From Amoebophrya sp. A120 (lineage: Eukaryota > Protista > Dinoflagellata): 64,000 nt of DNA. The notes under the pieces were generated by a model. The model did not search any database. It was given only the letters and a program-made list of their open reading frames with translations, and was not told where the DNA came from. The position numbers and the translations under genes are program-made. Each line of letters starts with the position of its first letter. Positions within the stretch are counted from its first letter, which is position 1. Positions 1 to 12,000 of the stretch are shown one piece after another. The stretch lies in assembly GCA_905178155.1 (NCBI GenBank), contig CAJINV010000006.1, positions 1,675,876 to 1,739,875 of the forward strand, written 5' to 3'.

Positions 1-68
1 ATTTCTCATGCTGAGAAAATTTGTAATCGTAATGCATTTTTACGAGTACGATACTTTTGCAATTCATA
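1..68. mobile_element. Introner family A, 3' part
   Basis: Ends tacgagtacgatacttttgcaattcata. Confidence 0.8.
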
Positions 69-3000
69 AATCTGCCCACGGCGGCAAGGAGTGCCCGGCA
101 CCGGACGGAGTGGAGTGTCAGGCGGGTACCCTGGAGGATGTGTACGAATTGATTAAGGGCAAGCTGGAGAAGTGCACGCCGCCCGAGGGCCCCAACAAAA
201 AAGAACGCTGTACGCCTGTGACGACCGGCATCGCTGCCGACGGCAAAATCACTTTCCAGGACCTGGACTCGGCGAAGGACGACAATCTCGTGGACCCGGA
301 AGTGATGGCGTTCGCGGACCAGAATACAACACTTGGTGGCAGGTTCCGGTCATGGTTTGACACAGAAGACCAGAACTCACAGATAACCCTCGCCGAATGG
401 CGCAGGACGCTTTATCTCCTGTTCCAGAAAGAGTGGATCGAGCTATCAAAAGGAAAAATCCTCCCTCCCCATATCGAAAACGAAATTTGTGGTGCTGTAT
501 TTGAGTACACAAATCGACTTGTCATGCTAGAATGCCAAGAGACGCAGCTGTGGCCTCGTTTGCAGGCAATTTGTCATGCTGTATCCCACTTCCAGCTGCC
601 CCCTGTCATGCTGAAGATGCAAGGCTTTCCCACGCCAACCAGCACTACAGTCCGCATATCTACCCTTCTAGCATGACAAAGCTGATTTGTGGTCGCAAAT
701 CTGCATCACAAATTTCTAGTTTGAGTATGGGGTGGGAAGATTTTTCACTTTGATACGAGCGCAAGGACCTCCCGCGGCTGAAAGAGATCCTCGCGGGGGG
801 CCGAGAGGTGGCCAGCGAGGCAACGTGCAATGATGTACGCAGATACAGGGACTACAAGGATCCACAGTGTAGTATTGTACCACCTGGCGCTTTACCGCAG
901 GGGCAGGCTGCGGCGGAAAATGAACTGCCCAGGTGCGAGATTGACTGCTCGCTGGGAGTATCAAATGTAAAAATGTCTGGGTCTGGAAGAATTGGAACTT
1001 GTGCTGCTAACTCTGGTCTGTAAAAAAATCTGTATTGCATGACCAGCAAAAGGAGTCTAGTTTGTGCTACGCGGCGGGGAGGGCGTTTGTCATGCGGAGC
1101 AGCCATCAGGAAGCCCTCTAAAAATCTGTGATGCTACGTCGTGCATTACAGACATCCTGGGTCATGCAAAACATGCATGACAAGTCTCAGAATCTTCCAG
1201 ACCCAGACACTTTTACATTTGATAGGGAGAGTGGCAAGACGACGAATCCGCTTTCGGAGACATATGGCATTCTCAAGCGTTACGCTCTCAACTGTTACAT
1301 GAATTTGTCACGCAAGAACAGCAACAGTGAAATCGTCACAACGTGCAAGAACTCTCGCATCACAAATTATTCCGAGCAGATTTTAATGCTGTTTAGCCCT
1401 TCCAGAATTTGTCATGCGAAGTAACCGTGGTCGTCTGGCGGCTTATGGTAATTTTGCATGACAAATGATGTAACGCTTGCCAATGTAACATTTGAGAATG
1501 CTATAAGACAGAGTGTTCACGTTTGACGAGCTGAAGGACGAGGTCGTAGCCTACATTGTATCCTGTGCAAAACAAGTATCTGATACTCGTATTGCAGTCA
1601 TGCATTACAAATGTTCTCCTTAAGGTAACTCCGCATCACAAATTTCATTTCACATGCTGGGGAAATTTGTAATGCATTTATACGAGTCTACGACACTTTT
1701 GCAATGCATATATTGACCTAAACACCAATAAACCGCAACAGTTTATCACCCGTGCCAACTGGTTCGCGAAGTACGAAATATTAGCGGCCGCTGAGCAGGT
1801 ATGCAAGAAAAAACTGTGTAAGTGTAAGTGTAACTCTGTAATGCAAAAAATGAAAAACGATTATTTTTTAACGCTTGTCATGCTCCACATGCATGATGCG
1901 CTCGCTTCCTACGTGTTTTCATTTCCCGTCCTATCTGCGCATGACAAGTTCTTCCTGTCATGGCAGACAAAGTTGTGTGTGATGCTGTTTTCCCAAAAAA
2001 CCTACACTAACAAATTTTTTTTGTTGGATAGCAGGGGGCTGTGGCAGGGGGTACTTCTTATCCTGAGTAAAAACGTCCCCACACCAGAGTTGTAATGCAG
2101 ATTTGCAAAGACGGGAAGACTTGTAATGCGCATCCCCATGAGAGCCATTTCCATTCGTGTATTGGAATTCGTGATGCTCTGAACAGGATGAGCAGATGAA
2201 TCTGTGATGCGGCTGCACTTGCTAACCTGCACTACACTGCGGAGTGCAGCTTGTCACGCGTGACTCCCAAAACTCCTAGGTTTGTGTTGCAAAATCCCCA
2301 TCCTGACTCTGGTGTGGGGACGTTTTTACACAGGCTACTTCTCCAGCGACCTTGTCGAGCGTCGAGGACGAGTACAAAAAGGGCCTGCGATATCGCGAGA
2401 AAAAACTGTTTCACTGGAAACTTGTGATGCAGAAAATGGATCGCAGAAGTCGTGTGTGTCATGGTACGCGTGCATGACAATGGAACTCTAGCTGTGTTTT
2501 CCCTCAGGAGCAGCCCCGCATGGCAAATTTCCGCTGTCATGTAAAGCAAACTTGTGATGCAAAACTTGCAAAATCGTCCTTACAGTGAAACACTTTTTTC
2601 GTACGATATGCGAACCCTTTTCGCAAAACTGGACTTCAACAAGGACAATTTGCTCTCTGAGGCAGAATATGACCGATTCTTCCGAGAGCCCGCCTGTGCG
2701 GCGTATTGCAGTGAGGAGCCGCGGGTGAAAAATCAGACGAGGGAAATCTTGGTGCACCCGAAGTATGGTGGCTACCCTTGCGATATCAAATGCAAATATC
2801 CCTGGATGTCTGGAAACTTGTGATGCAAGGAAGGGAATAATGGGCTCACTGTAAAAATGCGCTGCTTAGCATGACAAGTTTCTTTCATGGTTCAGAGTTG
2901 CGTATCGCGCATGAGAAACTGCGTTCTTGCATGACAGGGAGTCGGAGCTCTTCGCGGCCACGCAATACATACTTCAGAGTCATGCCGGACTAGCATGACA

Positions 3001-6000
3001 AATTTCGGAATCTTCCAGACCCAGACACTTTTGCATTTGATATACGAGGAAGACAAGCAAGCGAATATTCCCTGCGCGACCGGCGCAGACCCGTGCCCGG
3101 TGTATCAAAATGAAAAATCCCCCCTCCCCACATCAAAACGAAATTTCTGATGCGGATTTGCGTACGCAAATAAGATTTGTCTTGCAGTAGAGGACCGCAG
3201 GCCCATATCATGCAGCCAATGTAGAGAGGTTTTGGGCTAGGCACATAGCACGAGGAGCGTCTATGCTGTAGGCCCAACAGCATTACAAATCGCCTACATA
3301 ATGGGGCGGAGCCTATGCGTTGCTTTCTTACAAGACAAATGCGATTTGTGGTCACAAATAAGCATCAGAGGCGTGCCAATGCGATATGGGGACGAGGGGG
3401 GATTTTTCTTTACGATACGCAAGATTGCAAGGTTAGTTCGTGGAAGGCCTCGTCCGAGGGAGCAGTAGACCCAGTGGAGAATGGAGCTTGCCTCAACGCA
3501 GACACGGACCAACCTGACTATCAGGTAGAAGAAGATCTTACCGGAACAACAACTATATCGCAAGAAAATAAGAGTGTTACAGTTACACACATAGTCTATG
3601 CAGGCCAAGCAAGACAGACAAGCTCTGTCATGCCGGATAGTACGCAGAGAAGTTTCGTTTCATAGGTGTTTTTCCATTCCCGTAGGATTTCTCCATTACA
3701 AGTTTTCTCTCTAAGGCAGAGAAATTTGTGTAGTTGCTGAATTGACTACAAATGTGTAACTGTAACACTTTTTTCGCGGGATAAACTACACCGCAAGAAC
3801 AGTGTCTGAAGCTCGGAGTCCGGTACTACCGAAAGAAACAGCGCACGGTAGTAACGCAGGTGGCAAACGGGGGGAAACAGTGCCCCGGACCCAGGACGAC
3901 CGAGAATACAGCGGCGGGGGACAAACCCTGCCTGGCGGGACAACTATTGGACGTGTACGAATGGATTGTTCAGAAGCTGACCGAGGAAAACGACGGAGCA
4001 ATAAGTTTCGGGGATTTGGACACAGACCGATCGCAAACAATTTCCGAAGCGGAATTTGGTACCTTTGCAGGCACTTCTGCTAAGTCCTTTCTCGACTGGT
4101 TGGACACGGAAGACCGCAACAAGGAAGTCACGCTTGCCGAATGGCAGCGCACCTTCCACCTCGTGCTCGGCCTCGAGTGGATCGAGCAAAAGGATCTTCC
4201 GCGTTTGAAAAAAGTCCTGACCGGGGGCCCGGCTCGTGCCACGGAAGCCACCTGCGCGGATTCTCTCGCCTTTCACGATTACAACGACCCAAAGTGTAAT
4301 CTCGGGACGAGCACTTCTTTGCCAGCCTGCAAGGTCGATTGCGAGCTGGGGGAGTGGCAAGAAGAGACACCATGCTCGGCGACGTCCTGCGCGCTGCGTC
4401 AGGGCATAACCAAGTATAAGAGAACCATTACGCTCCAAAGTGATGTGAAATTGCGTGGAAAGAAGTGTCCGGAGGTGGGTCGGGAGCAGGACCAAATTCT
4501 TGGGCCGTGCATGAAGGTGAAAGGCCAGGCAATCGCTGCACTGGCTGAATTATCATGTGCAAAAGTATCGTACTCGTAGTAGTTGCAGTGTATCATGCAT
4601 TTTTACAAATCTCTTTTCCAACGTAAAACAGCATCACGAATTGCATTTTTCATGCTGAGCAAACTTGTAATGCGATTTATACTTAGTACGATCATCGATC
4701 ACGATGTGTGGACTTCCGGCTGGCCACTGGATTGTCCTTCATAGGCCGCCGAGAGATTCGCTCGCCTCGCTCGATTTTTTTCTCCATCCTTCTCTTTTTG
4801 CTTTTCTTTTCCAAAAAACTATGCATGTAGGAATCGCACATGACAAGACGGGCGTCCGTCGCGGCCGGATCTCCCAGGGTTTCAGGGTTTAGGTTCGTTT
4901 AGGGTTCCTATTTGACTTAGTACGATCATCGATCACGATGCTTTTGCATTGCATATGAACAATTTCCGCTTTACATTCCCGCGTTGTCAAACCGCGGCGG
5001 CACCACGAAGACCACCTCGGAGCCCGACTGGGACGGGCTTTTTGGCTTGCTCGGTAGGGGCGAAGAGCGTTACGACCAGCCCGGGGTGCGGTTTACCCAA
5101 TTTTTGCCGTCCCAATTTTTGTCGTTCGGGTCGGACCCGTGGTACATCACGGAAGAGCAGTGGGTTGAGTTTTTTAGAAATCTGGCGAGCGATATCGTGA
5201 GCAAAAAGTGTTACAGTTACACACCCTCTTGCAAGACAAGCAAGACAGACAACCTCTGTCATGCAGGAAACACGTGCCAGCCTCATTCCATTAGTGTTTT
5301 CCTTTATAGTCTGCGCATCACAAGTTTTCTTCGCCATGCAGAGCAAATTTGTGATGCAGATACTCCAACAAATGTGTAACTGTAACACTTTTTTCCTTGG
5401 ATAAACGAGGGTGGAGCATCACCATCAGCCTACGAAGCTGAGGCAGTCGTGCTCTTTCAGCTGCTATCGAACGGAAAAACTGTGTTAGTGTAGGTGTCTT
5501 CGGGTGACAGCATGACAAATTTGTTTTGCATGACACAGAAATCCTGTCATGCAGAATTAGTACGGGAAAACACCTGCGCAATAGGACTTCATGACTGGCT
5601 AGCATGACAAGTGTAACAGTGTTTCATGCTTTGCATGACAGACTTACACTTACACAGTTTTTTTCTTGCATAGCTGCTCCAGGCGCGTCCGCGGACCAAC
5701 CCAAAACGAACGCTTATGGATGTGTCAGGATCGAAATCGACAAAATCGAAAAATTTGTGATGCATAAAATGTAGAGCACTGAAGGCCTGTATTGGGGAGC
5801 AGGCATACGAGACCGATTGTAAGCCTGTTTAGGGGTATGCAATGTGCTGCCCGAGTAGCATGACAGGAGCAGTCTTCTTTGCCCAAACAGCATGACAAAC
5901 CGGATTTTGGTGATCCCGAGATTTGTCATGCGCCACATGAAAACTGAGGCTCCAACTGACATCGATCCTGTGCATCACAAATTTTTCGATTTTGTCAATT

Positions 6001-9000
6001 TCGATTCTGACACTCCCATAACGCTCAACGTCGACCCGAATTGGGCAAACTGGTTCGCAAATGACGGGACGAAGGAATTCCTGTCCGGACCGGATTCTGC
6101 TGCGCAACAGAATGGACAAGTCGAATACACCCCATGGCGCGACTGCGATCAGATGCATTTGACAAAACACGAATGGGAAACGGTTGCCAAGGACGAAGCG
6201 TGGCAAAATGTATCAAAGGGAAAATGAATCCTTAATCCCCCCTCCCTATATCAAAGGGGCAATCTGTTTTGCGGCATTTTTTGTGCAGTACACAAATCAG
6301 CTTTGTCTTGCAGTATACATAGGCACGCAGGCAGATAAAAAGCCTGGAAGGGGCTGGCTAGAGGTGGGCGCTCAGCATGGCAGACGTCTGCCCTGTTGGT
6401 GCAGCAGCGTTGCCAATAGCCTGCGTAATAGAGCGGCGATAGCTCTGGCCTTGCTCTCTTGCAAGACCGACCGGATTTTTGGCCACAAAGCAGCATAACA
6501 AATTCTCAAAAGGACGCACTTTCGATATGGGCAGGGGGGATTTTTCCTTCTGATAAAATGGAGCGCAGTACCACAGGGTCTACGAGGCGAAAAATGGAGA
6601 CGACCTTATGAAATGCAAAGACTGCATCGTACTAGTATAAATCGAGTAGGCGTGGGCCTGTAGGCCTAAATTCCGGTCGGTTGGTCGGTTGGTTGGTTGG
6701 TTTTGGACAGACGACAATTGACCGAATTTACGAATTATGGAAAAACGCATATCGGTTTTGAATTTAGAAGACAACCACAACGGCAAGGAGGGCGAAACAC
6801 GATAGGGGGGTGGTCGGGGCGCGCGGCGCACCTGCCTCCCTACCGGGGCTGCAGCCCGCCCCTGCGAGGCTGGTGGCGCCGCATCCTATCGCCGCCCAGT
6901 AGGCACTTCCGCCAGGGCGGCAGAAAGGTCTCGGCAGAAGGAGAGTTCGATGCGTCCACGCAACACAGACACAAATCTGTGTTGCGTGGACGCCTATCTG
7001 TGTTGCGCGCACCACAAATCTGTGCTGTGCGCACCTCGCCGCAGACACAAATCTCCGCTGCGTGCGCGCAGCACAAATCGGCGCTGCGCACAAATCTGTG
7101 CTGCGTGGACGCAAATCTGTGCTGCGCGCAACACTAATCAGCGTTGCGCGCAGCTCGTTGCAGACACAAATCTGTGCTGCGTGGACGCAATCGGAGCTCC
7201 GGGGGGCCTCGTGAGAGTTTGCGCATGTGAGATAGAAAGAGGTCGGGGCTCCAGTGCTGCGCTTTTCTCCAGCCACGGCCTGCGTTTCCTCAACCCAAGC
7301 AAAACACACTTGGGAAATAGAGACAAACTCGCGCAAAATTTGGAGCAACCCCCGCTGGGTCATGCCGAGCGGGGGCTTTTTGCGCAACCCCGTCGCTGCG
7401 CGAGTCCCTTGCTTGCAAGCCCCCTGCTAATAAATTGAGCCATAGGCAACGCACGCTCGCCCCACCCCCTCCCCCCCCCCGCTTGGCAGGTGGGTTGGTA
7501 GGTCGGTAGGCGTGGCCAATAGCCACACACGCTCGCCCCCCCCGCTTGGCAGCTGGGTGGGTAGGTCTAGGTCGGTAGGCGTAGCCAATAGGCCACGCAC
7601 GCTCGCCCCGCCCCCCCCATCAGGCAGGTGGGTGGGTAGGCCGGTACGTAGGCATGGCCAGTAGGCAGCGCACGCTCGCCCCACACCCCCACCTGCCTGG
7701 TGGGTGGGTAGGTCGCTCGGCAGGCGTGGCCAATTGGCAGCGCGCGCTCGCCCCACCCACCCACCAGGCACGTGGGTGGGTAGGTCGGTAGGCGTGGCCA
7801 AGAGGCAACACACGCTCACCCCACCCACCCACCAACGAGGTGGGTGGGTAGGTCGGTAGGCGTGGTCAAAAATAGGCAGCGCACGCTCGCCCCACCCGCC
7901 CACCAGGCTCGTGGGTGGGTAGGTCGGTAGGCGTGGCCAAGGGGCAGCGCACGCTCGCCCCGCCCACCCACCAGCGAGGTGGGAGGGTGGGTAGGTCGGT
8001 GGGCGTGGCCAATAGGCAGCGTTTGCTCGCCGCACCCATCAACCAGGCTGGTGGGTGGGTAGGTCGGTAGGCGTGGCCAATACGCAGCGCGCGCTCCCTC
8101 GCCCCACCCATTCACCAGCGAGGTGGGTGGGTAGGTCGGTAGGTGTGGCCAATAGGCATCGCGCCCTCCCTCGCCCCACCCACCCACCAGGCTGGTGGGT
8201 CGGTAGGTCGGTAGGCGCGGCCAATAGGCAGGGCGCGCTCCCTCGCCCCACCTACCCACCATGTGGGTGGGTAGGTCGGTAGGCGTGATCAGCAGGCAGC
8301 TGTCTCTGGGTGGCAAGGGATAGGTAGGTAGGTGGGTCGGTGCGATCACGGTACTACAATGAATCGAAAAGACGCCGGGTAGGTGGGTAGGTAGGCAGCT
8401 TCAGCAGTAACAATAGACGAATCTCAGAAAAACACAAAACACAATGCAGCGGGTTCGGTCAATTGTCGTCTGTCCAAAACCAACCAACCAACCGACCGGA
8501 ATTTAGGCCTACAGGCCCACGCCTATTGTATAAATCGCATGACAGATGTTCTCAGCATGAGAAAGAAAATTTGTAATCATGCGGATTTAACCTGAGGACG
8601 AAGTGCATATTTGCAATTAGTACGAGTGCGATATTTTTGCAGTTCATACCCGCACCTAAGGTCGAGGAGAGTACGAACGGTCATAGTGTGCTTGCGCTCC
8701 GCGAGGTGAAAGCAATGTGGCAAGAGTACGTAGCCTTCCGTGATGCAAATCCCTGCGTGCGGGTGCTCGCGCGCGCCGAGGAAGAAGACAGGAGCAAGCG
8801 CTGTCGTCCCAGCGAAGAAGACACTTTCACGCCAACGTCCGACCAGGTGGCAAAGCAAACAGCTGTTACCCTTGCGGCGCACAAGGCGGAGGTGTGCGAG
8901 TTCGAGAATAAAAACAACAAGGTGTGCGGGGACTGCCTATTCGAAGACAAGAAGTGGCGGTACAGCTTCGTGCCCACGCCAGACCTTCTTACTAACTTGC

Positions 9001-12000
9001 TACAAAGGTCTATCCTGTGCAAAAGTATCGTACTAGTATTGCAGTCATGCATTTACAAATCTTTTTCTTAAGGTAAATCCGCATTACAAATTTTGTTTGT
9101 CATGCTGAGGAAATTTGTAGTGCATTTATACGAGTACGATACTTTTGCAGTGCATAAGGTCTCCCGTGGAGCAAGTGGAGCACTTCTTCGGGTCTGCATT
9201 TCACCAGAACGGGAACAACCCGAAGGAGATTGACCAATCGACCTGGAAGGAGTATTTTCACCTCCCCGAGACGTACGAACGGCGCGACGAAGAAGGGTAT
9301 CAAATGCAAAAATGTCTGGGTCTGGACGAGCCAAACTTGTGATGCTGCATTTGGATGCTGAGAAAACCCGTATTGCATGACCAGCAAGAGGTGGATTCAA
9401 ATTTGGCTAGGCGGAGAGGGCATTTGTCATGCTGGATGCGCACAGATAAGCGCTCAAAAAATCTGTGATTCTATGGCATACATCACAGACATCATGGATC
9501 TCATGGAAAATGTGCATGACAAAGTTGTGCTCTTCCAGACCCAGACATTTTTGCATTTGATAAAGGGTCGTCCTTCCCAATTCCAAACGACGCTACGGTC
9601 AGAGCGGCCTTTAGCAGGTTGGACAAAAACGACCCGAAAGACGACAAGCTGCAACCAACAGAATACGAAAACCTACCAGCCGGGTTGGAGTGCCCTGTCA
9701 CCTGCAGGGACGGCACAAATTTCGACCCGATATTCACCAGCAAGTGGAAATACATTGTTGGCCGAGACTACCAACAAGGCAAAGGCAGGGCTTGCGCGGA
9801 ACTGCTCTCCTCCGAGGACAGAAGCGGGAACCATCGAGAAGTTCTCAAAGACCCCTCGAAACAGTATGAAGAAGACGCGTGGATATCCCGAAGAAAAACG
9901 TCCCCTCGTCCCCATAGTCAAGATGGGAAAGTACTTAAATCTGCTACACAAGTCCCGAAGCTTTGGCTGTCGGCGCCAATGATAAATTTGGGCTCGCAGT
10001 GTAGTCTTGTTTAGCTAGTGCAGCAGCGTCACAGATCCGGTTTGTCTTTGTCACTCTGATTCGAGCGTGGCAGATCTCAAATCTCCACCAGAAAGCGCCT
10101 CTGTCTCATGTGTGGTCTCCGCATGACGAGAAACATTTTAAGCTTGCAGCAGATTTTTTGCATTACAACTCCGGCGGGTGGGGACGTTTTTACACAGGAT
10201 AGTGGAAGCTGGTTATCTACGGCGTCCCGTGCTTGGGCGCTGAGTCGCTGCCGGAATGCCCCGTCGTATGGGACTCTCAATTCTTACATTCTCAAGTGAT
10301 GTCACATGAATTTGTAATGGAGGAATAGCAAAAATCAAAGGGGGACGATTGCAGCTCCTCTAGCATTACAAATTCCGCACAGATTTGAATGCTGATTAGC
10401 CCTCTGGGAATTTGTCATGCGAAGTCGCTTCCCCCTGTGGATGTTGATGTTGATTTTGCATGACAAATCTATCGTGTAACACTTGAGAATGTAACGTTTG
10501 AGAACGCCATACGTCGACTGCGTGCTCTCGGAATGGGTGGAAGGGTCGGACGACGAGTGCACGGACACCTGCGGCGACCTCGGGACCCGAACGGAAGTGA
10601 GAACTGTTACACAGCTCGCCAGGAACGGGGGCACCTGTATCGTACGAAAAAAGTGCTTCACTGTATGTAAGGACTTTGCAAGTTTTTATGTAGTTGCATC
10701 ACAAGTTATTTGTAGTTCTACTTCTACATGAGTGAAAGAAAATATGCCATGCGACAAATTTCTTCCTAAGGGATGAAAACACGTTCGAAATTCCATGTAT
10801 CTTGCATGTGTAGCAAGACAAACACTTCTGCAATAGAAGTACGCTTTCTGCATCACAAGCTTGGTACTATACAGTGAAGCAGTTTTATCATTTATCGAAG
10901 AAAAAAACATTGTTGGTGTAGAATTCTCTGAAATGAGTAAATTTTTTTTTGGCGCAAAGGTGTGAAATTTTTTTCGAGGACGGCACTCCTGTCTATTCTC
11001 CGTTTGGTGTTTTGGATTGTCTGTCATGGCTGAATCTAATGGCTACCCCGCTCCGGGCACTACATTAGCTAGCTGGGGAGGCAGGGCAATGCAAAAACCT
11101 CTGCAGCGAAGCGGGCCGATGTGTAACCTATCGCTATGGCGGCTTCTGGCCCGGCCTCGCGATAAAGACTCAGCGAAGGGCAGGAAAATCCGGCGCATTC
11201 TTGAAAACGTCGAATCTTCCTGCCGGTGAGTGTGTTTGCGCTTGTCTACTGTCAGCCCATGCGGGGTGCCAGCTTGACACTTCGCAGCAAAATTATTCTG
11301 GGAAATCATGGGCGTGCGCGCCGCCTTTGGTGCAATGTTGGGCTGCGCGTTCATTCAAAGCACGGGCGGCGAACTCGCTGCTTCGCATGATTCGGATGAG
11401 GCTCGTTTGAGGCTTCCAAAAATGAACCAAAGGAAGAAAAATCTCGGAGTGTAGGTTTTTACAAGGGAAAAAAGAGGGGTCAGCAGTAGGGTCAAAAACT
11501 TCGCTTATTTTTTTAACAATCTCCGCCGCGGCTAACAATTTACACTACTTCAAAAATTTAAAAAACCATGGGGATTAGAGAAAAGAAAAAACCTAGTGTA
11601 GTTTTTAAGGTTCGTGTAGCGGACCCCTTCGAGGTAGGGTCAAAAAGCACACGCATTTTTCCAACAGTCGCCCACCCGCATAAAAATTTACACTCCGAAC
11701 TTTTTCTTCTGTTTGGGCCAAGAGATCAACAAGAACTGGCAAGATCCGAAAGGGAGCTGCGCAAGTCCCCAAGCGCGCCCATCGCTGACCGGCATGGACG
11801 CAAGTCGCTGGCTTTTCGAGATGCGTCCGGAGCTGCGGAGCTCAGAAAGCAGCTACGTGGTGACGGTCGTTTTGCGGAAGGCCTTTGCGTGGTCGCGCGC
11901 CCTGTAGCTGGCGGCCGACCCGGTCGGAGGCAGGCCCGGCCTCGGGCATAAGACAGGACCAGCGATCCGCGACTGCGGGTCAGCAGACTTCGCGGCACAG

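Larger units (their letters stand above)
6645..8527. mobile_element. Non-autonomous TIR transposon (Mutator-like), TIRs about 75-80 bp, 10-bp target site duplication
   Basis: TIRs 6645-6726 and 8454-8527 (taggcgtgggcctgtaggcctaaattccggtcgg...). Duplication gtataaatcg at 6635-6644 and 8528-8537. Confidence 0.85.
6607..8648. mobile_element. Introner family A expanded by a nested 1.9 kb element
   Basis: A-type ends. Removing 6645-8537 restores an A-family interior. DR unrecognisable, but the 5-nt offset keeps the frame. Confidence 0.75.

Noticed and set aside
7427-8349. Repetitive ORFs (PTYPPT, LATPTDLPTH) and a CRISPR-like look
   Set aside because: These are translations of a tandem minisatellite inside a TIR element. 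There are no unique spacers and no cas genes.
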